64,000 nucleotides of DNA from Clostridia bacterium (lineage in GTDB: Bacteria > Bacillota > Clostridia > Oscillospirales > CAG-272): positions 63,388 to 127,387 of the forward strand of contig JAFXHU010000018.1 in assembly GCA_017533565.1 (NCBI GenBank), in the 5' to 3' direction. The notes beneath the pieces were generated by a model that saw only the letters and a program-made list of their open reading frames with translations, did no database searches and was not told where the DNA came from. Both the position numbers and the translations under genes were made by a program. Below are positions 16,250 to 24,893 of the stretch, one piece after another (positions within the stretch are counted from its first letter, which is position 1; every line of letters starts with the position of its first letter).

Positions 16250-16894
16250 ATGATAAAAATTTCCCCCTCGGTGCTTGCCGCCGATCTTTCAAGACTCGCC
16301 GACGAGGTTGCCGAAATCGAGGCTGCGGGCGCGGATATGGTTCACCTTGACGTAATGGATGGCGTTTTCGTTACGAATATTACCTTTGGACTTCCCGTAA
16401 TAGAAAGCCTTCGCAAAAAAACGGGCATCACCTTTGACGTCCACCTTATGATTGACAAGCCCGAAAGATACGTCGAGCGCTTTATCGACGCGGGCGCGGA
16501 TATTCTTACCTTTCACGTGGAGGCTTGCGAGGACACCGCAAAAACGCTGAAGGCGATAAAGGCGCGCGGCTGTCTTGCCGCCGTTTCGGTAAAGCCGAAT
16601 ACTCCCGTAGAGGATATTTACGAATATCTTGACCTATGCGATATGGTTCTCGTTATGACGGTTGAGCCGGGCTACGGAGGACAGGCACTGATACCCGAAT
16701 GCCTTGAAAAGGTGAAAAGTCTCCGCCGCGAAATAACCGCCCGCGGACTTGATATTATGATACAGGTTGATGGTGGAATTAACACGAAAAACGCCCCCGA
16801 TGCAATTGCCGCGGGAGCGGACGTCCTCGTTGCGGGAAGTGCCGTTTTTAGCGCAAGCAATAAAGCAGAGGCTATTCGTGCGTTGAGGGGTTAA
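16250..16894 (+). CDS. rpe: ribulose-phosphate 3-epimerase
   Basis: Motifs ISPSVLAAD, HLDVMDG and VDGGIN. Confidence 0.93.
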   Translation: MIKISPSVLAADLSRLADEVAEIEAAGADMVHLDVMDGVFVTNITFGLPVIESLRKKTGITFDVHLMIDKPERYVERFIDAGADILTFHVEACEDTAKTLKAIKARGCLAAVSVKPNTPVEDIYEYLDLCDMVLVMTVEPGYGGQALIPECLEKVKSLRREITARGLDIMIQVDGGINTKNAPDAIAAGADVLVAGSAVFSASNKAEAIRALRG

Positions 16895-16991
16895 AATCAA
16901 GAAAATAATAAATAAATAGCGGCAGAATTGTACTTTTGATGATTTGGCTTTTTCAAAAAGCATCGTCAAAGCCAACTCCGATATATATAAA

Positions 16992-17040
16992 AGCGCACCC
17001 GATTTTGTCGGGTGCGCTTTGCTTTTTGTTTTTATTTTTT
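16992..17040. terminator. bidirectional terminator between convergent rpe and ruvB
   Basis: AGCGCACCCGA (16992-17002) pairs with TCGGGTGCGCT (17008-17018). A T-rich run lies downstream on the + strand, and an A/T run upstream serves the minus strand. Confidence 0.8.
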
Positions 17041-17048
17041 TACGGATT

Positions 17049-18131
17049 TTAATTTCCTTCAACGTCGATGCTCGTTTGACCCGCAACCTGCTTTCCACCC
17101 GCGGGAGCAACGTAGGTGAGTCCGAGGTGGTCGTAAGCAAGCCTCGTTGCACATCTTCCGCGCGGGGTGCGTGCAAGAAATCCGATTTGCATAAGATACG
17201 GCTCGTAAACGTCCTCTATCGTAATCGTTTCCTCGCCTATCGTTGCGGCAAGGGTATCGAGTCCAACGGGACCTCCGCCATAGAACTTTATAATCGCTTC
17301 AAGCAGGCGTCTGTCAACGTTATCGAGTCCAAGCTCGTCGATTTCAAGAGCCTCGAGTGCCATTTTTGCAATTTCGGAGGTTATAGTGCCGTTGCCCTTT
17401 ACAAGCGCAAAATCACGCACACGTTTTAAAAGGCGGTTTGCAATACGCGGAGTTCCGCGTGAGCGTGATGCAATTCCCACCGCACCGTCGTCGGTTATGG
17501 CAATATCGAGAATGCTTGCCGACCTCTTTACGATAGTTGCAAGCTCCTCGGGGGTGTAAAGCTCAAGCTTTAGCAATACGCCGAATCTGTCGCGAAGCGG
17601 GGTTGTAAGCTGTCCTGCGCGCGTGGTCGCACCGATAAGCGTGAAGCGCGGAATAGGAAGCCTTATAGAACGGGCGGAGGGACCCTTTCCGATAATAATA
17701 TCGAGTGCGTAGTCCTCCATAGCTGGGTAGAGTATTTCCTCCACAGCGCGGGAAAGTCGGTGTATCTCGTCGATGAAAAGCACGTCACCGTCCGAAAGGT
17801 TTGTAAGTATTGCGGCAAGGTCGCCCGCCTTTTCGATTGCGGGACCCGACGTTGTGCGTATATTTACGCCCATTTCGTTTGCAATAATGCCCGAAAGCGT
17901 TGTTTTTCCAAGACCGGGAGGGCCGTACAGTAAAACGTGGTCGAGAGCCTCGCCGCGAAGCTTTGCGCTTTCGATATAAACCTTAAGGTTGGATTTTGCC
18001 TTTTCCTGTCCGATGTAATCGGCAAGCACCCTCGGGCGAAGGTCGTTTTCCACCTCCGCATCCTGTACGGAGTCGTATTCGTTTGATACTATTCTGTTTT
18101 CAAAGTCAAATTCTGTGGTTTCCTCAAGCAT
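17049..18131 (-). CDS. ruvB: Holliday junction branch migration helicase RuvB
   Basis: Walker A motif GPPGLGKTT, plus DEIHRL and the RuvB C-terminal winged helix. Confidence 0.96.
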   Translation of the reverse strand: MLEETTEFDFENRIVSNEYDSVQDAEVENDLRPRVLADYIGQEKAKSNLKVYIESAKLRGEALDHVLLYGPPGLGKTTLSGIIANEMGVNIRTTSGPAIEKAGDLAAILTNLSDGDVLFIDEIHRLSRAVEEILYPAMEDYALDIIIGKGPSARSIRLPIPRFTLIGATTRAGQLTTPLRDRFGVLLKLELYTPEELATIVKRSASILDIAITDDGAVGIASRSRGTPRIANRLLKRVRDFALVKGNGTITSEIAKMALEALEIDELGLDNVDRRLLEAIIKFYGGGPVGLDTLAATIGEETITIEDVYEPYLMQIGFLARTPRGRCATRLAYDHLGLTYVAPAGGKQVAGQTSIDVEGN

Positions 18132-18145
18132 TTACAAGAGCCTCC

Positions 18146-18760
18146 TTATCTCGCCAATTTTTTGAGAGCAAGCCGTATAATTTCACCGGAGGGCAGCTTT
18201 GAGTCGATACCCTTCAGCGCGGTGCTTACGGTTGCTCTGTCATATCCGAGCGCGGCAAGAGCCTCCGCCGCTTCTCCGAGATTACCACCTACGGTGGTAT
18301 GCGCCACCGACGCAACGTCACCGAGCGTGCTGCTACCTCCCGAATAAATCATATCCTTTGCAACCTTGTCCTTAAGCTCAAGGATAATTCTTGCCGCGGT
18401 TTTTGCACCGATATTCTGTGCCTTTGCAATTGCCTTTGCCTCGTCGTTGATTATCGCAAGCGAGAGCCTTTCGGGTGTCATAATGGAGAGAATGCTCATT
18501 GCCGCCTTCGGACCTACGCCGCTTACCGAGGTGAGAAGGTTGAATGCCGTCCTTTCCTCGTTAGAGCCAAAGCCGAACATTTCAACACCGTCCTCGCGTA
18601 CTGCAAGATAGGTGTAAAGCTTTACCCTTTGGTTCATTTTAGATGCAAGCGATTCGGAGGTTATAAGACTGATTGTGAGCTGATAACCGACTCCGCCACA
18701 GTCAATAACACAGTAATTTATATCTCGGACGGCAAGCTCGCCATTCAAATAATAAAACAT
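18146..18760 (-). CDS. ruvA: Holliday junction DNA helicase subunit RuvA
   Basis: MFYYLNGEL...VGYQL OB fold and an HhH region (LTSVSGVGPKAAMSIL). Confidence 0.93.
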   Translation of the reverse strand: MFYYLNGELAVRDINYCVIDCGGVGYQLTISLITSESLASKMNQRVKLYTYLAVREDGVEMFGFGSNEERTAFNLLTSVSGVGPKAAMSILSIMTPERLSLAIINDEAKAIAKAQNIGAKTAARIILELKDKVAKDMIYSGGSSTLGDVASVAHTTVGGNLGEAAEALAALGYDRATVSTALKGIDSKLPSGEIIRLALKKLAR

Positions 18761-18826
18761 TGGCTACCTCTTTCAAGTTGTTTGGCGAAAGCAACGTAAA
18801 TCACCTCCGCGCATAAATTTACATTT

Positions 18827-18835
18827 TATTATAAC
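18827..18835 (-). promoter_or_regulatory. extended -10 element upstream of ruvA
   Basis: The minus strand reads TGTTATAAT (complement of 18827-18835). Confidence 0.4.
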
Positions 18836-18883
18836 ACAAAAAACAATGGTTGTAAAGTGAAAACGGCAAAAAATGCAACAAAT

Positions 18884-18909
18884 AAAAAGGGGGCGGAGTA
18901 AACCGCCCC
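18884..18909 (-). terminator. rho-independent terminator of the fucosidase operon
   Basis: GGGGGCGG (18889-18896) pairs with CCGCCCC (18903-18909). On the minus strand the hairpin is followed by a T run (complement of 18884-18888). Confidence 0.75.
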
Positions 18910-18917
18910 AAAAGGGA

Positions 18918-20606
18918 TTAGTAAATTGTGAAATTCGGCTCGAGAGCAAAGCCCAATTGATTGTCAAGCTCGATTTTAATTTGATAGGAGGAGGTAATCG
19001 GCTTGTCAAGCTTTACAGTAACGCGGTAATCCTTGCTGTATCCCTCTGCAATGGTGTAGTATTTTGAGCCGTCGAAAGCCGAAACCCTGTAATTGCCCCA
19101 AAGACCCATAACAAAGGAAACCGTGTCAAACGGATAAATGCCGCCAAACATAATCTGTGCGTTGAATTTATCCTGAAGAATAATTTGTGCTGTGGGGAGG
19201 GCGGCTATGTTCACCTTTTCGCCCGTTGCGACGGGATCGGACTCGTCCTCGGGATAATAGTGAAGCGAGATTTTGCGAAGGGTAAGCGGAGCGCATATTC
19301 CCCTTACGGTAAGACGGAGCTTTTTGTATGCTCCCTCCTTGAATCTGACTGCGCGAAGATAACCGACGGAGGTACCCGTGTAAAGAATTTGCGGCTCGTC
19401 ACCGTCAAGGCTTTCAAGCACGAATTCGGTAATTCTTTCGCCAAGCTCCACCTTTTCGCCGAGAATAATTGTGTTAAACGCTCCTGCTCTTTCGGGAACA
19501 TCTATATGAATAACCGCCTCGCTCCTATCCTCCGCGGTAGCGTAGAACAAGCTGTCATCGTCAAAAAGCGAAAGCGCGATTTCGGTGTCGCGTGAAAAAT
19601 TGCTGTCCGCCGTAATTTTCGCTCCGTCAAGCATATTTACCGACAGCATTTTTTCTATCCGCTGATTGGATACGATTGCATTTTCCACGTCGGTGGGGTG
19701 AAGATTGCCCGTTGTATCGGGCGGAAAATTGAGAAGCATAATGGCGTTGTTTCCGACCGAGCGAAACCATATATCGTCTATAACCCTTGCCGATTTGACG
19801 AAGGCATCCTGGTCCTTGTGATAAAACCAACCGGGTCTTATAGAAACGTCAACCTCCGCGGGGACGTAAAGCTTGCCACCGATAACTCCGCGGTGCATAT
19901 CCTCTACGTTTTCGACAATCATCATTTCGGGGTTAATGGAGGCGTAATGGGTTTTTCCCGCAAAGCCTGCCTCCGTGCCGACCCATCGCATTTCCGCGTA
20001 GGGGGTCGCGCCCATAGAGCCGAAAATTACAGCATCGGGCTGGTGCTTTCTTACAAGATACGCCCAAAGCCCCCAATCGTATTTTGCCTCAAGGCTTCCC
20101 GCACCGTCCCACCAAATCTCGTCAATTTTTCCGTATTGCGTAAGGATTTCCTCAAGCTGATTTGCATAGTAGGTGCTGTACTCGGGACTGCCCCAATATG
20201 GTGAATTTCTGTCCCACGGAGAAACGTAAATACCAACCTTGATACCGTATTCGTGACAGGCATCGGTGAATTCGCGTATTACGTCACCCTTTCCGTCCTT
20301 GTACGGACTGTTTTTTACCGAATGCTCGGTGTATTTTGATGGCCAAAGGCAAAATCCGTCGTGATGCTTTGCGGTGATAATCGCAAGCTTAAAGCCTGCC
20401 GTCTTTATATCGCGTATCCATCCGCGCACGTCCATATCGGTGGGGTTAAAGCTCTTTTCCGTCTCTGTTCCATCACCCCATTCGCTTCCCGAAAAGGTGT
20501 TGACTCCAAAGTGAAAGAATGCCTTTTTACCAATCTCGAAATGGTGCAGCTGTCGCTTTGTGGGGGTTGCGCCAAAGGGCTTGATATCTCCTTTTGTTTT
20601 GTCCAT
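18918..20606 (-). CDS. GH29-family alpha-L-fucosidase (no signal peptide seen)
   Basis: Motifs FHFGVNTF, AKHHDGFCLWPS, GIYVSPWD and EIWWDGA, which are typical of GH29, followed by a C-terminal beta-sandwich region. Confidence 0.85.
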   Translation of the reverse strand: MDKTKGDIKPFGATPTKRQLHHFEIGKKAFFHFGVNTFSGSEWGDGTETEKSFNPTDMDVRGWIRDIKTAGFKLAIITAKHHDGFCLWPSKYTEHSVKNSPYKDGKGDVIREFTDACHEYGIKVGIYVSPWDRNSPYWGSPEYSTYYANQLEEILTQYGKIDEIWWDGAGSLEAKYDWGLWAYLVRKHQPDAVIFGSMGATPYAEMRWVGTEAGFAGKTHYASINPEMMIVENVEDMHRGVIGGKLYVPAEVDVSIRPGWFYHKDQDAFVKSARVIDDIWFRSVGNNAIMLLNFPPDTTGNLHPTDVENAIVSNQRIEKMLSVNMLDGAKITADSNFSRDTEIALSLFDDDSLFYATAEDRSEAVIHIDVPERAGAFNTIILGEKVELGERITEFVLESLDGDEPQILYTGTSVGYLRAVRFKEGAYKKLRLTVRGICAPLTLRKISLHYYPEDESDPVATGEKVNIAALPTAQIILQDKFNAQIMFGGIYPFDTVSFVMGLWGNYRVSAFDGSKYYTIAEGYSKDYRVTVKLDKPITSSYQIKIELDNQLGFALEPNFTIY

Positions 20607-20611
20607 ATCGG

Positions 20612-21073
20612 TTACTCCCTGTACAGTGATTTATAGTTGTTTTTCTTATCCTTGCATTCTCCCGCCCCTCTTGCTTTGGATTTGCTTTCGTCGCAGAGTG
20701 TGCGTCTTATGAGATATGAGGCTCCGACGGCGGCAAAGTAGAATGCTGTGAAAAGCACCATTCCCACGAAAATTCCCGCGCCGCTGCCATTAAGCCTGTA
20801 TCCGAGAATGATAATGAGAAAGAAAGCGAGTGCGGAAACCAAATAAGCGAGAAGCCGCTTTACCCACGGCTTAAGGCTTGAGCCCTTAAATAAAAAATTC
20901 GTCATCGAGATAACAAATCCGAAAAGCAGGGTGAGGAAAAAGCGTCCAACGCTAACCGTTATTTCGGTCGCACCGACCGCACCGCCCAAAGCACCGCCGA
21001 GAGCATAATAAATCACTAAATACAGTACCGTGTATCCCGTGCCGTCGAGTATGATTTTTTTCAGTCTTTCCAT
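20612..21073 (-). CDS. hypothetical polytopic membrane protein, co-oriented 5 nt upstream of the fucosidase
   Basis: Four or five hydrophobic helices. I place the start at ATG 21073 (MERLKK), preceded by GGAGG. Confidence 0.6.
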   Translation of the reverse strand: MERLKKIILDGTGYTVLYLVIYYALGGALGGAVGATEITVSVGRFFLTLLFGFVISMTNFLFKGSSLKPWVKRLLAYLVSALAFFLIIILGYRLNGSGAGIFVGMVLFTAFYFAAVGASYLIRRTLCDESKSKARGAGECKDKKNNYKSLYRE

Positions 21074-21100
21074 AGCAACCTCCATCGGTTAATTTATTTC

Positions 21101-21129
21101 ATATTAACATACCCGTGTGAATTTTTCAA
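21101..21129 (-). promoter_or_regulatory. sigma-A promoter of the membrane-protein/fucosidase operon
   Basis: On the minus strand: TTGAAA (21124-21129), a 17-nt spacer, then TAATAT (21101-21106). Confidence 0.5.
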
Positions 21130-21150
21130 TACGGTATTTGAATTTTTTAA

Positions 21151-21172
21151 ATGAATATTTGATGAATATTTC
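21151..21172. repeat. 11-nt tandem direct repeat between the divergent promoters
   Basis: ATGAATATTTG (21151-21161) followed by ATGAATATTTC (21162-21172). Confidence 0.6.
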
Positions 21173-21182
21173 GGATAAATCA

Positions 21183-21211
21183 TTGACAAAGCCCCCGTGT
21201 GTATGTATAAT
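21183..21211 (+). promoter_or_regulatory. consensus sigma-A promoter of the nusB operon
   Basis: TTGACA (21183-21188), a 17-nt spacer, then TATAAT (21206-21211). Confidence 0.75.
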
Positions 21212-21251
21212 AATAAATAATAATATCACGCAGGCGAGGTAGCAGGGCAGT

Positions 21252-21656
21252 ATGAACAGAAAAACAGCAAGAGAGAACGCTTTTATTCTTCTTTTTGAAA
21301 GGTCGATTAAAAAGGACGAAACCGCAGAGGAAATTTTTGAAAAGGCAACCGCCATACGCGGACTTGAATACGACGAGTACGTAACCCGTGTGTTTTTTGG
21401 CTGCGTCGAAAACGCGGTTGTAATTGCGGATACGGTTGAAAAGTGCCTTGTCGGCTGGAGGAAGGAGCGCATTTCACACGTATCGAGCGCGATTTTGGAG
21501 CTTGCAACCTACGAGCTTATGTTCCTTGACGACATTCCCGTAAAGGTTTCGATAAACGAAGCAATCGAGCTATCGAAAAAATACGACGAGGACAAGTCCT
21601 ACGTGTTCGTCAACGGCGTTCTTAATAAGGTAGCCGAGCTTCTCGGAAGAAAATGA
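21252..21656 (+). CDS. nusB: transcription antitermination factor NusB
   Basis: RKTARENAFILLFE N-terminus, about 134 aa. The synteny with xseAB fits. Confidence 0.9.
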   Translation: MNRKTARENAFILLFERSIKKDETAEEIFEKATAIRGLEYDEYVTRVFFGCVENAVVIADTVEKCLVGWRKERISHVSSAILELATYELMFLDDIPVKVSINEAIELSKKYDEDKSYVFVNGVLNKVAELLGRK

Positions 21657-22597
21657 AAAAAGAGTATTTTGTCGGTATCGACACGAGCAACTATACCACC
21701 TCGGTTGCGGTTGTTGACCGCGACGGGGAGCTTGTTGCCAATTTAAAGACGCCGCTTACCGTTAATTCTGGAGAGCGCGGGCTTCGCCAGTCGGATGCCG
21801 TTTTTCAGCATATAAAAAACCTTCCGCCACTGATGGACTCCTTGGCGGAAATTGTTTGCGGCGGGGAAATACTCGCAATCGGAGTGAGCGAAAGACCGAG
21901 AAACCTCGACGGCTCTTATATGCCCTGCTTTTTGGCGGGAGTTGCCGCCGCGCACAGCCTTGCGGCGGGTCGGAATATACCGATTTTCGGCTTTTCGCAT
22001 CAATGCGGGCATATTGCCGCCGCCATTTATTCGTCGGGCGCGTCCCTGAACGGAAGGAGCTTTGCCGCGATACACGCCTCGGGCGGGACTACCGAGCTTT
22101 TGCGTGCCACGGAGTGCGATAACGGCTTTTTGACCGAGCTTGTCGGCGGCACGCTTGACCTTAACGCGGGACAGGTTATCGACCGCGTCGGCGTTGCAAT
22201 GGGGCTTTCCTTTCCCGCTGGAAGGCATATTGAGGAGCTTGCGCTCAAAAACAAAAAGAAAATTCCAAAAAGAAAGCCGCCCGTGCGCGGAATGCACTTT
22301 AACCTTTCGGGGGCGGAGAATATTGCGCTTTCGCTTTACCGCGAAGGCTCGGATGCAAGTCTTACGGCGGCGTTTGTGCTTGACTATATCGGAAGCGCGA
22401 TTATTGCCGCCTGCAAGGAATACGTTGCGGTTTACAAAGACTCGGATTTCGTTTTCGCGGGCGGAGTTATGTGTAACTCCGTAATTAAAGAAAGAATAAA
22501 GAGGGAAATCCCCTCGTCGTATTTTGCAAAGCCCGAAATGTCGTCTGACAACGCGGTTGGCGTTGCCGTGCTTGCACGAAAAAGGCTTTGTAAATAA
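21653..22597 (+). CDS. divergent TsaD/Kae1 (peptidase M22, ASKHA-fold) family protein
   Basis: GIDTSNYTTSVAVV start, an HxxxH metal motif (SHQCGH) and a C-terminal SDNAVGVA (compare TDNAAMIA in TsaD). At 314 aa it is shorter than canonical TsaD. Confidence 0.6.
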   Translation: MKKEYFVGIDTSNYTTSVAVVDRDGELVANLKTPLTVNSGERGLRQSDAVFQHIKNLPPLMDSLAEIVCGGEILAIGVSERPRNLDGSYMPCFLAGVAAAHSLAAGRNIPIFGFSHQCGHIAAAIYSSGASLNGRSFAAIHASGGTTELLRATECDNGFLTELVGGTLDLNAGQVIDRVGVAMGLSFPAGRHIEELALKNKKKIPKRKPPVRGMHFNLSGAENIALSLYREGSDASLTAAFVLDYIGSAIIAACKEYVAVYKDSDFVFAGGVMCNSVIKERIKREIPSSYFAKPEMSSDNAVGVAVLARKRLCK

Positions 22598-22624
22598 TTT
22601 TGTAATTAAAAAAAGGAGGCAGCC

Positions 22625-23872
22625 GTGGATATATCCTCGCTTCGCGAGCGCGAAGGCTTCGGTCCTATGACCGTTTCGGAGCTTAATACCTACATTAAAA
22701 ATATGTTCGACGGTAACCGCCTTCTTACGGGAGTTTCGGTTACGGGAGAAATTTCAAACTTTACCCGACACAAATCGGGACACCTCTACTTCTCGGTAAA
22801 GGATAACGAGGGGCAAATTCGCGCGGTAATGTTCCGTTCAAGTGCCGCGGGACTTAAATTCCTCCCCGAAAACGGTATGCGCGTTATCCTTCGCGGGTCG
22901 GTAAGCGTTTTCGTGCGCGACGGCTCCTACCAGCTTTACGTTTCGTCAATGCAGCCCGACGGTGTCGGTGCGCTTTATCTCGCCTACGAGCAGTTAAAGG
23001 AGCGCCTTTCGTGCGAGGGACTTTTCGACGTCGCGAAAAAGAAGCCGATACCACGCTATCCCGAGCGCATCGGAGTTATAACCTCGCCGACGGGAGCCGC
23101 GGTGCGCGATATAATTAACGTTCTCGGACGGAGATATCCGCTTGCCGCCGTTTATCTTTACCCCGCACTTGTGCAGGGGGAGGGCGCGGAGGAAACGCTC
23201 GTAAAGGGAATTGAATTTTTTGATAAAAGTCATCTTGTCGATACCGTAATTATCGGTCGCGGCGGAGGATCGATTGAGGACCTTTGGGCATTCAACGGCG
23301 AAGGTCTTGCCCGCGCAATTTACCGTGCCGACGTGCCGATTATTTCGGCGGTTGGACACGAAACCGACTTTACAATATGCGATTTCGTTGCCGATTTGCG
23401 CGCTCCCACCCCCTCTGCGGCGGCGGAGCTTGCCTCTCCCGACGTGCGAGAGCTTGAATTGCTCGTCGCAAATTCAACCGACAGAATGGATAGGGCGCTT
23501 ATGCGCTTAACCGAAAAAATGCGCGAAAGGCTTGCAAAGGCAGCCGAGGGAAGAATAATGACCGACCCCGCCTTGATTTTTGAGCCGTATTGCGAAGGGG
23601 CGCGGCGGCTCTACGAGCGCGCGAATACCGCTTTTTCCGACACCGTTTCGAAGGCTCGGATTAAAATGGCAGGCGCGTGCGGAAGGCTTGAGGCTCTCAA
23701 TCCGCTTTCCGTGCTTTCGCGCGGATTTTGCATTGCCGAGCGCGACGGCGGCGTATTGCATACTGCGAGCGAGCTTTCGGTCGGTGATAAAATAAGCGTA
23801 AGATTTGCCGACGGAGCAGCCTTTGCAACCGTTACCGAAATAAATATTCACGAAAGTGACTGCGGAGAATAA
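22625..23872 (+). CDS. xseA: exodeoxyribonuclease VII large subunit
   Basis: GTG start 6 nt after AGGAGG. OB-fold N-terminus (VSVTGEISNFTRHKSGHLYFSVKD) and catalytic region GRGGGSIEDLW. Confidence 0.93.
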   Translation: MDISSLREREGFGPMTVSELNTYIKNMFDGNRLLTGVSVTGEISNFTRHKSGHLYFSVKDNEGQIRAVMFRSSAAGLKFLPENGMRVILRGSVSVFVRDGSYQLYVSSMQPDGVGALYLAYEQLKERLSCEGLFDVAKKKPIPRYPERIGVITSPTGAAVRDIINVLGRRYPLAAVYLYPALVQGEGAEETLVKGIEFFDKSHLVDTVIIGRGGGSIEDLWAFNGEGLARAIYRADVPIISAVGHETDFTICDFVADLRAPTPSAAAELASPDVRELELLVANSTDRMDRALMRLTEKMRERLAKAAEGRIMTDPALIFEPYCEGARRLYERANTAFSDTVSKARIKMAGACGRLEALNPLSVLSRGFCIAERDGGVLHTASELSVGDKISVRFADGAAFATVTEINIHESDCGE

Positions 23873-23873
23873 A

Positions 23874-24110
23874 ATGGAAAATAAAATGAAATTTGAAGAA
23901 GCAATGGCACAGCTTGAGGCGGCGGTTGCAAGGCTGGAGGGTGGAAGCCTCGGTCTTGACGATGCGATTGCCGAGTACGAGCGCGCCGTAGGTCTTGTCA
24001 AAATATGCAACGAAAGGCTTCGTGATGCCGAGCAAAGGGTGCGCCTTCTTACCGAGGGTGCCGACGGCAGCGTAAGCGATATGCCCTTTGGCGGAGTAAA
24101 TGAGGATTGA
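23874..24110 (+). CDS. xseB: exodeoxyribonuclease VII small subunit
   Basis: Motif FEEAMAQLEAAVARLEGGSLGLDDAIAEYERAV. I place the start at ATG 23874, just after the xseA stop. Confidence 0.9.
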   Translation: MENKMKFEEAMAQLEAAVARLEGGSLGLDDAIAEYERAVGLVKICNERLRDAEQRVRLLTEGADGSVSDMPFGGVNED

Positions 24111-24824
24111 CGTCTATCTTGCCTCGGCGGGAATTACCGCAAGCCGAACCGAGGCTAAAAATATGATTGCCCTCGGCGCGGTTTACGTTGACGGAAGACA
24201 GATAACCCGTCCCTCGTTTGAAATCGACGGGCTTGAGGACAAAATAACCGTTGACCGCACGCAAAAGCAATACGTGAGCCGCGGCGGTATAAAGCTTGCG
24301 GGCGCGCTTTCGGAGTTTAAGGTTAATCCGAGCGGCAAAAATTGCATTGACGTCGGCGCGTCAAGCGGAGGATTTACCGACTGCCTTTTACAAAACGGCG
24401 CAAGCTCGGTTTTTGCGGTGGATTCGGGATACGGTCAGCTTGCAAAGCCTCTTTGCTCCGACCCGCGGGTTAGCCTTATTGAAAACTATAACGCCAGATA
24501 TATGAAGCCGAGCGATTTTCCGCATTTGTTCGAGCTTGCGGTAATGGACGTATCCTTTATATCCGCAAAATACATAATTGAGCCGCTTTACGCCTGCCTA
24601 TCCGACGGTGCGGATTTATATGCCTTATAAAGCCTCAATTCGAGGTCGGGCGCACAGGACTCGGAAAGGGCGGAATAGTAAAGGACGAAAAGCTTCGCCG
24701 CGAAGCCGTTGGTGGCGTCGTTGAGTTTGCGGGGGGCGTCGGCTTTTCCTGCCTCGGGCTTATACAGTCGCCCATAAAGGGCGGCGACGGGAATATTGAA
24801 TTTCTCGCCCACTTTAAAAAATAA
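24100..24824 (+). pseudogene. tlyA: TlyA-family rRNA 2'-O-methyltransferase (S4 domain + FtsJ-like MTase) interrupted by a 1-nt frameshift
   Basis: The 24100-24630 frame ends ...DVSFISAKYIIEPLYACLSDGADLYAL*. The frame starting at 24627 continues IKPQFEVGRTGLGKGGIVKDE...SPIKGGDGNIEFLAHFKK* to 24824. The conserved junction AL-(I/V)KPQFE is restored by adding one base near 24625-24628. Confidence 0.8.
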
Positions 24825-24893
24825 CCTCCTTCGCTTTTTAAGCCTATTGCGGACTTGCGAAGGGATGTAACACATATAAAGGAGGATGCTTCC

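Noticed and set aside
16505-16520. CTTTCACGTGGAGG, a parS-like half site inside rpe.
   Set aside because: Only the central TTTCACGTG matches the 16-bp parS palindrome. The outer arms do not match.
21104-21472. A 122-aa minus-strand ORF spanning the nusB promoter and 5' end.
   Set aside because: It overlaps a consensus promoter and the nusB coding region, and has no RBS.
24100-24110. Expectation of ispA, an OLE-type large RNA, or dxs between xseB and tlyA, as in Bacillus-type synteny.
   Set aside because: xseB and tlyA overlap by 11 nt, so there is no space for a hidden gene or RNA.
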